Shown here piece after piece: positions 50,821-60,749 of a DNA stretch of 63,261 nt. The notes under the pieces are model-generated. The model was not told the origin of the DNA. It worked only from the letters and a program-made list of their open reading frames with translations, and did no database searches. The position numbers and the translations under genes are program-made. Within the stretch, counting starts at the first letter, position 1, and each line of letters starts with the position of its first letter. Origin of the DNA: an uncultured Gemmatimonadota bacterium (lineage in GTDB: Bacteria; GCA-2686955); contig CAZBBK010000032.1 in assembly GCA_964490075.1 (NCBI GenBank), forward strand, positions 1 to 63,261, given 5' to 3'.

Positions 50821-51600
50821 TCATGACCCTTCCCCAACCCCGACGCGCCCCCGAGCCCTTCGCTCCCCCTCGAAAGGCTGATGCCAGAGGGTCAGCGCCG
50901 CGTCCTCGATCTCGGCCCAGGTCGCTCCGTCCAGCCAATGCCCGAGGTTGATGAAGAGATCCTCGCCTTCCTCGACGATCTCCGCGTAGTGGTGGTGCCC
51001 GCTGATGACCACCCGGTCTCCGCGCCGCCACCAATCCCGCACCACCCGCTCGCGATAGCGCTCCAGCCAGCGCCGCGCCGCCGCGGGCGAGGGACGCCCC
51101 AGTCCCCCCCTGCGGCTCCAGGCTCGCCCCACCGCCAGCGTGGCATCGGGGGGCAGCAGGCGCAGAGCCAGCACCAGCGGGCGCCACCGCAGCGCCCGCC
51201 GCATTAGGCGATAGGACCAGCGCGCCGCGGCCGGCTCGTCGCCATGGGCGATCATCAGCGGCACACTCCCCGCCCGTCCAGGGAGCCGCGTGGGCCCCTC
51301 GTGAATCCGCATCCCCAGATCGCGCTCCAGGACTCTCCCCGGCGCGAAGTCGTGGTTGCCGACCACCAGGTGGATCTCGACTCCGCGCAGCGCCGCGCGC
51401 CGCAGCACCGCGCCCACTCCGAGGTAGACCGCCGGCAGCACCGAGCTCCAGCCGATCCACACGTCGAAGATGTCACCCAGCAGTAGCAAACGATCGCTAT
51501 CCCCGAGCCGCCCGACCAGCTCCTCGAAGAGCGCCTCTTTCCACCGCTCTTCCGCGTCCGGCTGAGCCCCGAGATGCACGTCGCTGATCAGCAGGTCCAT
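50821..51600 (-). CDS. lpxH: UDP-2,3-diacylglucosamine diphosphatase family
   Basis: SDVHLG, GDIFD, GNHD, HGD, GHHH. Confidence 0.8.
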   Translation of the reverse strand: MDLLISDVHLGAQPDAEERWKEALFEELVGRLGDSDRLLLLGDIFDVWIGWSSVLPAVYLGVGAVLRRAALRGVEIHLVVGNHDFAPGRVLERDLGMRIHEGPTRLPGRAGSVPLMIAHGDEPAAARWSYRLMRRALRWRPLVLALRLLPPDATLAVGRAWSRRGGLGRPSPAAARRWLERYRERVVRDWWRRGDRVVISGHHHYAEIVEEGEDLFINLGHWLDGATWAEIEDAALTLWHQPFEGERRARGRVGVGEGS

Positions 51601-51763
51601 GGCGGCGAGACTACAGCACCGCCGAGTCTCGGCGCCGGAGCATGAGCCGCGCAACCCGTGCCACCGGGGCCCCAGCTCGGCCTTCGAAGGGTCCTTGGCC
51701 GTCCCTGAGCCGCTTCCGCGCCAGCGTCGGGAGCATGCGCCCCAGGGTGTGCCGAGCAGGCGG

Positions 51764-51792
51764 TTGACACCCCATCCCCGAGCTGCTAGGGT
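51764..51792 (+). promoter_or_regulatory. Sigma70 promoter of the BMC operon
   Basis: TTGACA-N17-TAGGGT with an extended TG. Confidence 0.6.
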
Positions 51793-51902
51793 CCGTCTCC
51801 AAGTCCCCTTGTTTCAGCGACTTGCGCCACCAGAAGCGGGTCGCGGAATCCATCCACAGTCACCACCTCGGCCGCGATCGAGGTGCGACGGCGGGAGAAG
51901 AC

Positions 51903-52187
51903 ATGACTCTGGACGCCCTGGGAATGGTCGAGACCAAAGGACTGATCGGCTCGATCGAGGCCGCCGACGCCATGGTGAAGGCGGCGAAGGTCTCTCTGAT
52001 CGGCAAGGAGAAGATCGGCGGCGGCTTCGTCACCGTGATGGTCCGCGGCGATGTTGGGGCCGTCAAGGCCGCCACCGACGCCGGCGCCGCGGCAGCCGAG
52101 CGTGTCGGCGAGCTGGTGTCGGTCCACGTGATCCCGCGCCCGCATGCCGACGTGGAGATGATCCTCCCGAACGCCAGCGGCGACTGA
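51903..52187 (+). CDS. BMC-H shell hexamer (PduA/EutM-like)
   Basis: [31 protein letters not shown]. Confidence 0.95.
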   Translation: MTLDALGMVETKGLIGSIEAADAMVKAAKVSLIGKEKIGGGFVTVMVRGDVGAVKAATDAGAAAAERVGELVSVHVIPRPHADVEMILPNASGD

Positions 52188-52209
52188 ACCTCCGCCGCGG
52201 AGGCCAGGC

Positions 52210-52644
52210 ATGGGAGACGAATCCGCACTTGGAATGGTCGAGACCGAGGGCCTCGTGGCCGGCATCGAGGCCGCCGACGCCATGGTGAAGGCGGCCAGGG
52301 TGCGGCTCGTGGAGCGTGAGGTCACGGTCGCCAAGCTGGTCACCATCAAGGTGGTCGGCGAAACCGGGGCGGTTCGCGCCTCGGTCGCCGCGGGGGTCGC
52401 GGCGGCGGAAAGGGTCGGCATCGTGGTATCGAGCCACGTCATTCCCCGCCCCCACGAGGAGGTCGAGCCGCTCATCTACCCCAGAGAACAGCCCGATCCG
52501 CCCGCCGTCGAGCACCTCGATTCATTGACCGTTGCCGAGCTGCGGCGCCGCGCCCGGGCCCTGCCCGACTGCGGTCTCTCGGGCCGCGACATCTCCCGTG
52601 CCGGAAAAGAGAAGCTGATCGAACTGCTGCGCCGCCACCGCTAG
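52210..52644 (+). CDS. BMC-H shell protein with C-terminal helical extension
   Basis: BMC domain plus [11 protein letters not shown]...KEKLIELL. Confidence 0.9.
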   Translation: MGDESALGMVETEGLVAGIEAADAMVKAARVRLVEREVTVAKLVTIKVVGETGAVRASVAAGVAAAERVGIVVSSHVIPRPHEEVEPLIYPREQPDPPAVEHLDSLTVAELRRRARALPDCGLSGRDISRAGKEKLIELLRRHR

Positions 52645-52692
52645 TAGCCGAGCGTTCGGCTCAACGGCGGTTCCGACGCGGAGACGGATGCC

Positions 52693-54225
52693 ATGTCCAT
52701 CGACCCCGACCTGAAGGCGATCCAGGAAGTCCGGGACCGGCTGCGCGCGGCCCACCGCGCCCAGCAGCAGCTCGCCGATGCCGGCCAGGAGCAGGTGGAT
52801 CGCATCGTCGACGCCATGGCCCAGGCGGCGCAGAGCGAGATCGAGCCGCTGGCTCGGCTGGCGGTCGAAGAGACGGGGATGGGGATCTACGAAGACAAGA
52901 TCGCCAAGAACCGTTTCGCGGCGGTCGACGTCTACGAGCACATCCGCCCCTTGCGAACCGTCGGCGTGCTGGCCGAGAGGAGCGAGCTCGGCATCGTCGA
53001 GATCGCCCAGCCGATGGGTGTGGTGGCGGCGATCATCCCCACCACCAACCCCACTTCGACCGCGATCTACAAGATCCTGATCTCCGTCAAGGCGCGCAAC
53101 GGCATCGTCATCTCGCCCCACCCGCGCGCCAAGGCTTGCATCCGCCGCTGCGCCGAGCTGATGGCCGCCGCGGCCTGCGCGGCCGGGGCCCCCGAGCAGC
53201 TCATCGCCTGTCTGGAAGAGCCGACGCTGGAGTCGACCCAGGCGCTGATGGCGCACGATCTCACCGCGGTCATCCTGGCCACCGGAGGGGGCGGACTGGT
53301 GAAGGCCGCCTACTCCAGCGGCAAGCCGGCCTTCGGCGTCGGGCCGGGCAACGTGCCGGCCTATATCGATCGCAGCGCCGACGTGGCCAAGGCCTGTCGC
53401 GACATCGTCACCGGCACCGCCTTCGACAACGGCACGGTCTGCGCGTCGGAGCAGGCGGCGGTGGTCGATGCGCCGGTCGAGCCGGAGGCGCTGCGGGGTT
53501 TCGAGGCGGCCGGCGGCTACTTCCTCTCCGACGAGGAGAAAAAGCGTGTCGAGTCGGTGGCGATCAAGGCGTCGGGCGCCGTCGACCCGGCGATCGTCGG
53601 GCAGCACGCTCGCACCATCGCCGCCAAGGCCGGAATCCAGGTCCCCGAGTCGACCAAGGTCCTGATCGCACGCCTCGACAAGGTCGGCAAGGTCGAGGAG
53701 CCGCTCTCGGTCGAGAAGCTGTCCCCGATCCTCGGCTTCTACGTCGCCTCGGACTGGGTCGATGGCTGCCAACGCTGCATCGATCTGCTGCGCCTCGGCG
53801 GCATGGGGCACACCCTGGCGATCCACGCCAAGGACGATGCCGTGATCCGCGAGTTCGGCCTCAAGAAGCCGGTGTTCCGGATCGTGGTCAACACCCCCTC
53901 GACCCATGGCGCCATCGGCCTCTCTACCGGCCTCACCCCTTCGATGACCCTGGGCTGCGGCGCGGTCGGCGGCAACATCACCGGAGACAACGTCTCGCCG
54001 CTCCACCTGATCAACACCAAGCGCCTGGCTTTCGGCCTCAAAGAGGTCGAGCTCGCGCCCCGGGCGTCGGAAGGCGGGTTGCGCGCCAGCGACGGCGTGG
54101 GTGCCACCTGCCGCCACGAGTGCGGCTCCGGCATCGCCGCCGGCACCTCCGTGGGGCACACCCTGAGCGAGGCCGACGTGGAGCGGATCGTGGAAGAGTT
54201 CCTGCGCGACCGGCGGGGCACGTGA
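52693..54225 (+). CDS. CoA-acylating aldehyde dehydrogenase (EutE/PduP-type) with C-terminal encapsulation peptide
   Basis: PTTNPTST, GVGPGN, FDNGTVCASEQ; tail LSEADVERIVEEFLR. Confidence 0.92.
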   Translation: MSIDPDLKAIQEVRDRLRAAHRAQQQLADAGQEQVDRIVDAMAQAAQSEIEPLARLAVEETGMGIYEDKIAKNRFAAVDVYEHIRPLRTVGVLAERSELGIVEIAQPMGVVAAIIPTTNPTSTAIYKILISVKARNGIVISPHPRAKACIRRCAELMAAAACAAGAPEQLIACLEEPTLESTQALMAHDLTAVILATGGGGLVKAAYSSGKPAFGVGPGNVPAYIDRSADVAKACRDIVTGTAFDNGTVCASEQAAVVDAPVEPEALRGFEAAGGYFLSDEEKKRVESVAIKASGAVDPAIVGQHARTIAAKAGIQVPESTKVLIARLDKVGKVEEPLSVEKLSPILGFYVASDWVDGCQRCIDLLRLGGMGHTLAIHAKDDAVIREFGLKKPVFRIVVNTPSTHGAIGLSTGLTPSMTLGCGAVGGNITGDNVSPLHLINTKRLAFGLKEVELAPRASEGGLRASDGVGATCRHECGSGIAAGTSVGHTLSEADVERIVEEFLRDRRGT

Positions 54226-55022
54226 GCGGGAGCCCCGCGCGTCCGTCCCTCGCGGCCCTGCGGGACTATGTCTTCCAGCGCGCCGCGCCGATCGGCATCT
54301 CGAATCGCCACATCCACCTCTCGGGCGCCCACGTCGCCACCCTCTTCGGCGCCGGACAGTGCCTGACCCGCCGCCGCGACATCACCCAGCGCGGGCAGTA
54401 CTCCTGCGAAGAGACGCTCACCGTGGCCACTCCGAAAGGCGTGCTGCGCGAGGTGCGGGTGATGGGCCCCGCGCGCCCTGCCACCCAGGTGGAGCTGGCC
54501 GCCTCCGACCTCCGCCGGCTCGGCCTCCCGGCCGTGCTGCGCGCTTCCGGCGATGCCCGCGACACACCCGGCTGCGTCCTGATCGGACCGCGCGGCACGC
54601 TCGAGCTGCAATCCGGCGTGATCGTCCCGGAACGACATCTGCACATGGCGCCCCGCGACGCCGCCCAGTTCGGGGTCGGCGAGGAGCAGCGGGTGCGGGT
54701 CGCGGTCCCGGGCCCGCGCGGCGGCGTGCTCAACGACGTGCTGGTGCGGATCGACGAGCACTACGTCCTCGAGCTCCATCTCGACACCGACGAGGCCCAC
54801 GCGCTGCTGGCGCGCGCGGGCGACCTGACCTACCTGATCGACGAGGCGAAGCTGGGCATCGACCTGAACCTACGTCTGGCCCGCCCCCCCGGCGGGCGGC
54901 GGCTGATGACCGAGAGCGACCTGCGCCAGACCCTTCGCAAGCAAGGCAGAGTACGGATTCCCCCCGACGTGCTGCTCACCCCCTCGGCGCGCGACCTGGC
55001 TCGACGCATGAAGCTCGGCTGA
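54222..55022 (+). CDS. pduL: Phosphate acyltransferase PduL
   Basis: SNRHIHL, ERHLHM, HLDTDEA. Confidence 0.92.
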   Translation: MSGSPARPSLAALRDYVFQRAAPIGISNRHIHLSGAHVATLFGAGQCLTRRRDITQRGQYSCEETLTVATPKGVLREVRVMGPARPATQVELAASDLRRLGLPAVLRASGDARDTPGCVLIGPRGTLELQSGVIVPERHLHMAPRDAAQFGVGEEQRVRVAVPGPRGGVLNDVLVRIDEHYVLELHLDTDEAHALLARAGDLTYLIDEAKLGIDLNLRLARPPGGRRLMTESDLRQTLRKQGRVRIPPDVLLTPSARDLARRMKLG

Positions 55023-55357
55023 TGTTCATCGCGCGCGTGGTCGGCACCGTCTGGGCGACCAAGAAGACACCGAACCTGGAGAATCTGCGCTTCTTGGTGG
55101 TTCATCCCCTGAACCTGAACAAGGAGCCGAACACCGACATCGTGGTGGTCGCCGACCGCCTGGGCGCAGGCCCGGGCGAGATGGTGATGTGCGCCTACGG
55201 CCACGCGGCGCGCACCGCGGTCGGCGACACCGACCAGTCGATCGAGGCCGCGGTGGTGGGGATCATCGACTCGGTCGATCTCGACGCCGCCCAGATCGAG
55301 GCGATTCCGAGGGAAACACCGGGGACTTTGGGACAGGGCCCGAAGCGGAGGAAGTGA
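55022..55357 (+). CDS. BMC-P vertex pentamer (EutN/CcmL)
   Basis: ARVVGTVWATKK, DRLGAGPGE, AAVVGIID. Confidence 0.93.
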   Translation: MFIARVVGTVWATKKTPNLENLRFLVVHPLNLNKEPNTDIVVVADRLGAGPGEMVMCAYGHAARTAVGDTDQSIEAAVVGIIDSVDLDAAQIEAIPRETPGTLGQGPKRRK

Positions 55358-55358
55358 G

Positions 55359-55772
55359 TTGGCGCTGGATCGAGAAGACGTCAAGGCGATCGTCGAGCGG
55401 GTGGTCGATTCGTATCAGCGCGGCGGCTCCCTGCGGGAGGAACCCAAGGGCGCCGCGGCCGAGCCGCCGGCCGCCGCTCCCCAGGAAGGCACGCCCGGCG
55501 GACATCGGGTGATCATCACCGCCCTGGGAAGAAACGCCCCCGGAATCGCCGCCGGCGTGACCGGCGTGCTGGCCGACGTCGGGGGCGACATCCTCGACAT
55601 GAGCCAGACTCTGCTCGGCGACTTCTTCGCGATGATCATCGTGGCCGACCTGTCGCAGGCCACGATGGACTTCGGCATGGTCAAGGAGCATCTCGCCGAG
55701 CGCGGCGCCGAATTGGGCGTGCGCATCGTCGCCCAGCACGAAGACGTCTTCCGCTACATGCATCGGATCTAG
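55359..55772 (+). CDS. ACT domain protein (UPF0237-like) with N-terminal encapsulation-peptide-like helix
   Basis: LDREDVKAIVERVVDSY, Pro/Ala linker, then ACT domain ending QHEDVFRYMHRI. Confidence 0.88.
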   Translation: MALDREDVKAIVERVVDSYQRGGSLREEPKGAAAEPPAAAPQEGTPGGHRVIITALGRNAPGIAAGVTGVLADVGGDILDMSQTLLGDFFAMIIVADLSQATMDFGMVKEHLAERGAELGVRIVAQHEDVFRYMHRI

Positions 55773-55775
55773 CCC

Positions 55776-57137
55776 ATGTCCTGGAGTCGCGACGAGATCC
55801 TCGAAACGGTGCGCATGCTCGAGACCGAACATCTCGACATCCGCACCGTCACTCTGGGCATCAGTCTGCTCGATTGCGGGGGCAGCGACGCCTCCGAGGT
55901 CGGCCGTCGCGTCGAGGAGAAGATCCGCACCTACGCTTCGGGCTTTGTCCACCAGGCGCGCCGCATCGAGGCCGACTACGGGATCTCGATCGCCAACAAG
56001 CGGATCTCGATCACCCCCGCGGCGATCTTCGGCGCGGGCCTCGACCGCGCCGGATTCCTGCACCTGGCCCAGGCCCTCGACCACACTGCCGCCGAGGTCG
56101 GCGTCGACTACCTGGGCGGCTTCTCCGCGCTGGTTCAGAAGGGCTTCTCGCGCGGCGACCTGGCCTACCTGGAGTCCTTGGCCGAGGCGATCGCCACCAC
56201 CGAGCGGGTCTGCGCCTCGGTGAACGTGGCCACCTCGAGCGCCGGGATCAACATGGACGCCGTGGCGCGTCTGGGAGTGACGATCAAGGACCTCGCCGAG
56301 CGCACCCGCGACCAGGGCGGGATCGGCTGCGCCAAGCTGGTGGTCTTCGCCAACGCCCCCGACGACAACCCCTTCGTCGCGGGCACCTTCCACGGCGTGG
56401 GCGAGGCCGAGTGCACGATCAACGTCGGCGTCAGCGGTCCGGGCGTGGTGCGCGCGGCCTTGGCCCACTGCCCCGAGCTCGACCTGGGCTCGCTCGCCGA
56501 GATCATCAAGCGCACCGGATTCAAGATCACCCGACTCGGCGAGATGATCGGCCGCCGGGTCGCCGAACGGGTCGGCGTCGACTTCGGCATCGTCGACGTC
56601 TCGCTGGCGCCCACCCCCGCCGCCGGCGATTCGGTCGCCGATATCCTCGAGCTGATCGGCCTGGAGCGCGCCGGCGCTCCCGGCACCACGGCGGCGCTGG
56701 CGATGCTGACCGACGCCGTCAAGAAGGGGGGCGCGATGGCCACCACCGCCACCGGAGGCCTGTCGGGCGCGTTCATTCCGGTCTCGGAGGACCGGGGCAT
56801 GATCCGCGCGGTGCGCGAAGGGGCCCTCTCGCTCGAGAAGCTCGAGGCGATGTCGGCGGTCTGCTCGGTCGGGCTCGACATGGTCGCGGTGCCGGGCGAT
56901 ACCTCGGCCGCGACCTTGAGCGGCATCATCGCCGACGAGATCGCGATCGGCGTCATCAACAACAAGACCACGGCGGTGCGGATTCTGCCTCTGCCGGGGA
57001 TGAAGGCGGGGGAGTCGGTCGACTACGGCGGCCTGCTCGGCGAGGCCCCGGCCATGCCCGTCAATCGCTTCGGCTGCGAGGACTTCATCGCTCGCGGCGG
57101 ACGCATTCCGCCGCCGATCCGCGCGATGCGCAACTGA
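55776..57137 (+). CDS. UPF0210/DUF711 ('PFL family') protein
   Basis: [46 protein letters not shown]. Confidence 0.92.
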   Translation: MSWSRDEILETVRMLETEHLDIRTVTLGISLLDCGGSDASEVGRRVEEKIRTYASGFVHQARRIEADYGISIANKRISITPAAIFGAGLDRAGFLHLAQALDHTAAEVGVDYLGGFSALVQKGFSRGDLAYLESLAEAIATTERVCASVNVATSSAGINMDAVARLGVTIKDLAERTRDQGGIGCAKLVVFANAPDDNPFVAGTFHGVGEAECTINVGVSGPGVVRAALAHCPELDLGSLAEIIKRTGFKITRLGEMIGRRVAERVGVDFGIVDVSLAPTPAAGDSVADILELIGLERAGAPGTTAALAMLTDAVKKGGAMATTATGGLSGAFIPVSEDRGMIRAVREGALSLEKLEAMSAVCSVGLDMVAVPGDTSAATLSGIIADEIAIGVINNKTTAVRILPLPGMKAGESVDYGGLLGEAPAMPVNRFGCEDFIARGGRIPPPIRAMRN

Positions 57138-57325
57138 GTGCGTGTAAGTTTTTTCTCTGTTCAGCGATTGAGCAGCCGAGAGTCGCCGGCGCCTGTGCGG
57201 CCCACCTGATATGGCGCGTAACGCGTTGTGCAGGAATCGTTTGTGATCGACGCCGCGGCGCGCGGCCTCGCTGTTCAAGATTTGAACAGGCTGCGCATCG
57301 CCGCAGCACCGGTCGATTTTTTTAC

Positions 57326-57352
57326 TAAGGCTGGATGAAAAGCGTCCGATCC
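57326..57352 (+). promoter_or_regulatory. Sigma28-like promoter
   Basis: TAAG-N15-TCCGATCC versus consensus TAAA-N15-GCCGATAA. Confidence 0.5.
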
Positions 57353-57402
57353 AAGGAGTCAAGGGGCAGAGAACTCCCCCACCCCCCGGAAAGGACCGCA
57401 CG

Positions 57403-57597
57403 ATGACCCGCAGCCGCAGCACTCTCCGCACTCCGCGCACCGACCGACGAGCCCAACGGAGCCGGCAACTCGACGTCGATTCCCGGCGTCTCGAACGGGT
57501 TCGAGCCCGGATCGAGTCGGGCTACTACGAGCGCCCGGAGGTGCTGCGGGACCTGGCGAGCATTCTGCTGGAGGTCCTGGACCGCCCGGACGCGTGA
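57403..57597 (+). CDS. FlgM-like small anti-sigma protein
   Basis: RLERVRARIESGYY...LASILL resembles the FlgM C-terminus; RBS AAGGA. Confidence 0.55.
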   Translation: MTRSRSTLRTPRTDRRAQRSRQLDVDSRRLERVRARIESGYYERPEVLRDLASILLEVLDRPDA

Positions 57598-57916
57598 GCC
57601 CGGCGGTCCCCGCCAGCACCTCCGGACTCCCGCCGAGATCGAGATCGGCCACGGTCGAATTGAAGCTCGCGCCATAGGTCGCCGGCCAGCGTAGCGAGCC
57701 GTCGGCGTCGAAGACCTGTCTGCCCAAGATGATCTCCGGCACGGCGTCGTGGTCGAGCTCCGCTCCCAGGCCGCGATCCTGCGTTGCCTCAGGGGTGGAT
57801 GCTCTTCCAGGGGGCTCGAGGCGGCGATCGAGAACGTCTGCGTGGCCGGCGCCCGCAAGCAAGAGAGCAAGAGCGGCGAGTGTCGGCAAGGGGCCGATCA
57901 GGTGCCGGAGTGACAT
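57594..57916 (-). pseudogene. FG-GAP repeat secreted protein remnant
   Basis: Signal peptide plus ELDHDAVPEII and ADLDLGGSPEVL, then runs into the opposing gene. Confidence 0.5.
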
Positions 57917-58476
57917 GGCGATTCTCCTCGGAGGTCGCTGCGCACTCCATCGAGAGCAACAGCGACGGTGACCCGGCAGGAGACGCCACCGCCAGGGTGG
58001 CTCGGCCGGTAAAGGCGATTCGCGTGCCACGACTTTTTGGCCCGCCACCAGAGCCCACGATGACGGCGCAAGTCCTTGTATTTCAGCGTGATGCAGCGCA
58101 CGCTCCGAGCCCCCCGTGCGCCCGGCGGATCCCTCCCCTTCGGCGCCGACCTTCATTCTGACGCAGCTCGCCGTCCGCGCCCGGTGGCGACTGCGTCAAT
58201 ATGCTCCTGCTGGGTTCAAGAGAGCCGGGACTGATTCAAAGCGCTGACGCGGGGGGCCAACAGAACGGGGACAGGGCTTTATCCCCCGTCCCGGGCCGCC
58301 AAATCCCCCATTCCTCCGCTGCCGTGACGCCTCGGGCGGCACAATCGGCCGCCGCCGGGAGTCGGCGTCGTGCCACAGTCGGCTGTCCCGCCGTCGATTA
58401 GCCGATCGCAGCGCGATCTCCGAGGAGCGGGCACACGATTTGCGAACTCTCCACGTCAACCCAGCGGAGAGTCGAT

Positions 58477-59037
58477 GTGGATCAGCGCCCCCAAGATATC
58501 GTTGACGACTTCATTCACGAGACCTACCTCGACACCCTCGACGAGGCGGAGGTCCTCGAAGACCTCCAACGATTCTCGGAGATCTGCGGGAGAGTGATCT
58601 CGGAGACGATTCACGACGGCCGCAAGATCGTCGAGCTGAACCGTCGTCTCACCGCCATCCGGCAGAAGCAGATGTTGGCCGCCAGCGACGACGAGCCTCG
58701 ACCCGCATCCTGGGCGAGCTCCTCGGCGCCCAGAGTCAGTCGTGCGCGGCGGGTGGTTCACAACAAGCGCCTGATCCTGACCGCGATTCGCGAGATCTCG
58801 CCCACCACCGCGGAGCGGATTCGCACCACCGTGCACCCGGTCGCGGCGCCCTCTCCCGACCCGGCGACGGCGCCCCAGCCCTCCGCTCAGTCCGCCGCGA
58901 AGACGGCGCTCGCCATTACCCGCAGAGCGCCCGCCCCCGAGCCTCGGCGCTCGGCCCTGCTCTCCGGATCGCTGCTCCCTCCCCTGATCCTCTTCGCCGG
59001 TCTGCTGATCACGATCCTCCTGACACTTCCCCACTGA
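58477..59037 (+). CDS. Hypothetical protein with C-terminal TM anchor
   Basis: RBS GGAG; sigma54-like GGGCAC-N5-TTGC at 58429-58443. Confidence 0.65.
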   Translation: MDQRPQDIVDDFIHETYLDTLDEAEVLEDLQRFSEICGRVISETIHDGRKIVELNRRLTAIRQKQMLAASDDEPRPASWASSSAPRVSRARRVVHNKRLILTAIREISPTTAERIRTTVHPVAAPSPDPATAPQPSAQSAAKTALAITRRAPAPEPRRSALLSGSLLPPLILFAGLLITILLTLPH

Positions 59038-59038
59038 C

Positions 59039-59860
59039 TTGCCACCACCGCCCCTCGATTTCGACATCTGCTTTCGCCGCACCCTGCGCCGCGACCAGCT
59101 CGATGTCGATTGGCGGGCCGAAGCGCATCTCCTTCCGGCGGCGATCGAGGAGCATGTGGCGACGCACTGGAGGAGGATCCGGGAACGAGCGCGGCGGCGC
59201 GGCCAGGAGCTCTTCGCCGGTCCCCTCTGCCGCCTCGACGGACACCAGTGGTCGGGAGAGCGCTTGCGCCTCTCCCTCTCGCTCACCGACTATCGCCAGC
59301 TGCAAGGAACCAGCGGCTCGGTCTGGCCGGGGGGGCTCCCGATGGCCGCGCGCGCCGATGGCCTGGGGGTCAACGCAACGCTGGTCACCGCGAACGGGAA
59401 GCTGGTGTTAGTGCGGCGCAGCCGCAGCGTGTTCGACAGCCCCGGAATGCTCGATACGGGCGGCGGCCACATCGATCCCACGCTGCATCTGAGGGTCCGC
59501 GGACGCCCCGATCCCTTCGTCGCCATCGAGGCCGAGGTCTGCGACGAGTTCGGTCTCGAGCCCGAGGAGCTGCGCGACACCCGTCTCCTGGGTCTGGCGC
59601 GGCACCGTCCCGGTGGGAAGCCGGAGCTGCTCTTCCTGATCGAGCTCGACCTGCCCTTCGCCTCCCTGCCTCCACGGCTCGCGGGCGCGGCCGAGGGCAG
59701 CGAGACCGAGGCGCTCGAGGCGCATTCTTGGGAGTCGGCGGCCATGCTCCTGGCGCAGCGCGGGCACGAGCTTTCCGCGTCCGGGCAGGCGTCCCTCTAC
59801 TTTGCCATCAAGTCAAGGGAGCACACTGGAACTCAGGATCGAGCTCCGTCAGCTCGCTGA
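59039..59860 (+). CDS. Nudix-like hydrolase (NUDT22-like)
   Basis: GGGHIDP...EAEVCDEFGL, KPEL. Confidence 0.7.
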   Translation: MPPPPLDFDICFRRTLRRDQLDVDWRAEAHLLPAAIEEHVATHWRRIRERARRRGQELFAGPLCRLDGHQWSGERLRLSLSLTDYRQLQGTSGSVWPGGLPMAARADGLGVNATLVTANGKLVLVRRSRSVFDSPGMLDTGGGHIDPTLHLRVRGRPDPFVAIEAEVCDEFGLEPEELRDTRLLGLARHRPGGKPELLFLIELDLPFASLPPRLAGAAEGSETEALEAHSWESAAMLLAQRGHELSASGQASLYFAIKSREHTGTQDRAPSAR

Positions 59861-60569
59861 TCATGCTGTTCAGTCGGTCCTTCACGTCGGGCGTGCCATC
59901 GCCGGAGCGCAGGTAGAGCGAGTAGAGATCCAGGAAGTCGTCCCGCTTGCGCGCGATGTCGCCGCGGTTGCCGATCGCGTTGACGTGGCGCATCAGGTGG
60001 AACATGTCCCCTTCGCGAATCCGCGGCGTCAGGTGGAGATGCTCCCGGCAGGCATGGCGCACGATCAGCGAGTACTTGTCGAGATCGCGGGCCAGCTTCC
60101 TCAGGATCTCCGGCACACCGCCGGCGCCGCGTGCCAATCGATCGAGCAGATCCGCGGCGAACATGTAGTACATGCGCGCCTTGCCCCTCCAGCTCTCCGG
60201 CCCCAGCTCGTAGTAACGCAGCGGGCGCACCGTCTGTGCGCTCTCGTCGAAGACCGCGAAGCGAATCAGGATCGAGTCGGCGTTGGCCTGGTAGATCTCG
60301 GCCCGGCGCCGCGCGGTCGCCCCGGACACCAGCGCGGCGATCTCGGAATCGTGCCGGCGCACCAGCTCCGTGCGTGCGGCGACCCTTCGCGGGTCGATCA
60401 GGCTGACCAGCAGGTCGGCCAGGTAGACGTTGACGTCTTCGTCGAAGTAGGGGTTGTTCGATTCGATTCCGAGGCTCAGGCGCGACTTCAGGATCGCATT
60501 CACCATGAAGAACGCGGTCGGCTCGGAGACCCCCCGAGCGTGACTCAGATCCAGGTATCGATCCAACAT
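59808..60569 (-). CDS. Hypothetical helical protein
   Basis: Coding-like 253-aa segment beginning MLDRYLDL. Confidence 0.7.
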   Translation of the reverse strand: MLDRYLDLSHARGVSEPTAFFMVNAILKSRLSLGIESNNPYFDEDVNVYLADLLVSLIDPRRVAARTELVRRHDSEIAALVSGATARRRAEIYQANADSILIRFAVFDESAQTVRPLRYYELGPESWRGKARMYYMFAADLLDRLARGAGGVPEILRKLARDLDKYSLIVRHACREHLHLTPRIREGDMFHLMRHVNAIGNRGDIARKRDDFLDLYSLYLRSGDGTPDVKDRLNSMISELTELDPEFQCAPLT

Positions 60570-60749
60570 CGGGTCCTCGAAATCGCGACGGCTTCGGAGA
60601 TCGACGATCAACTCCCCCGAACGAGCGTGCGCCTCTCGACTGGTCTTATCGGCAGGACGGCGCCGGTCGTCCACCGTGAGCCCTCGATGTCGCGGTAGCC
60701 TCGGCAAGCGACGCCTTGCCTTCGCCCCGCCCACCATCAGGAAACGTCC

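Noticed and set aside
55776-57137. Glycyl-radical microcompartment, from the 'PFL family' label
   Set aside because: Too short for a GRE, no C-terminal RVxG glycyl-radical motif and no activating enzyme in the locus
37975-57137. Direct functional link between the benzoyl-CoA reductase and the microcompartment
   Set aside because: They have separate promoters, lpxH intervenes on the opposite strand and no Bam subunit shows a clear EP; adjacency alone is not enough
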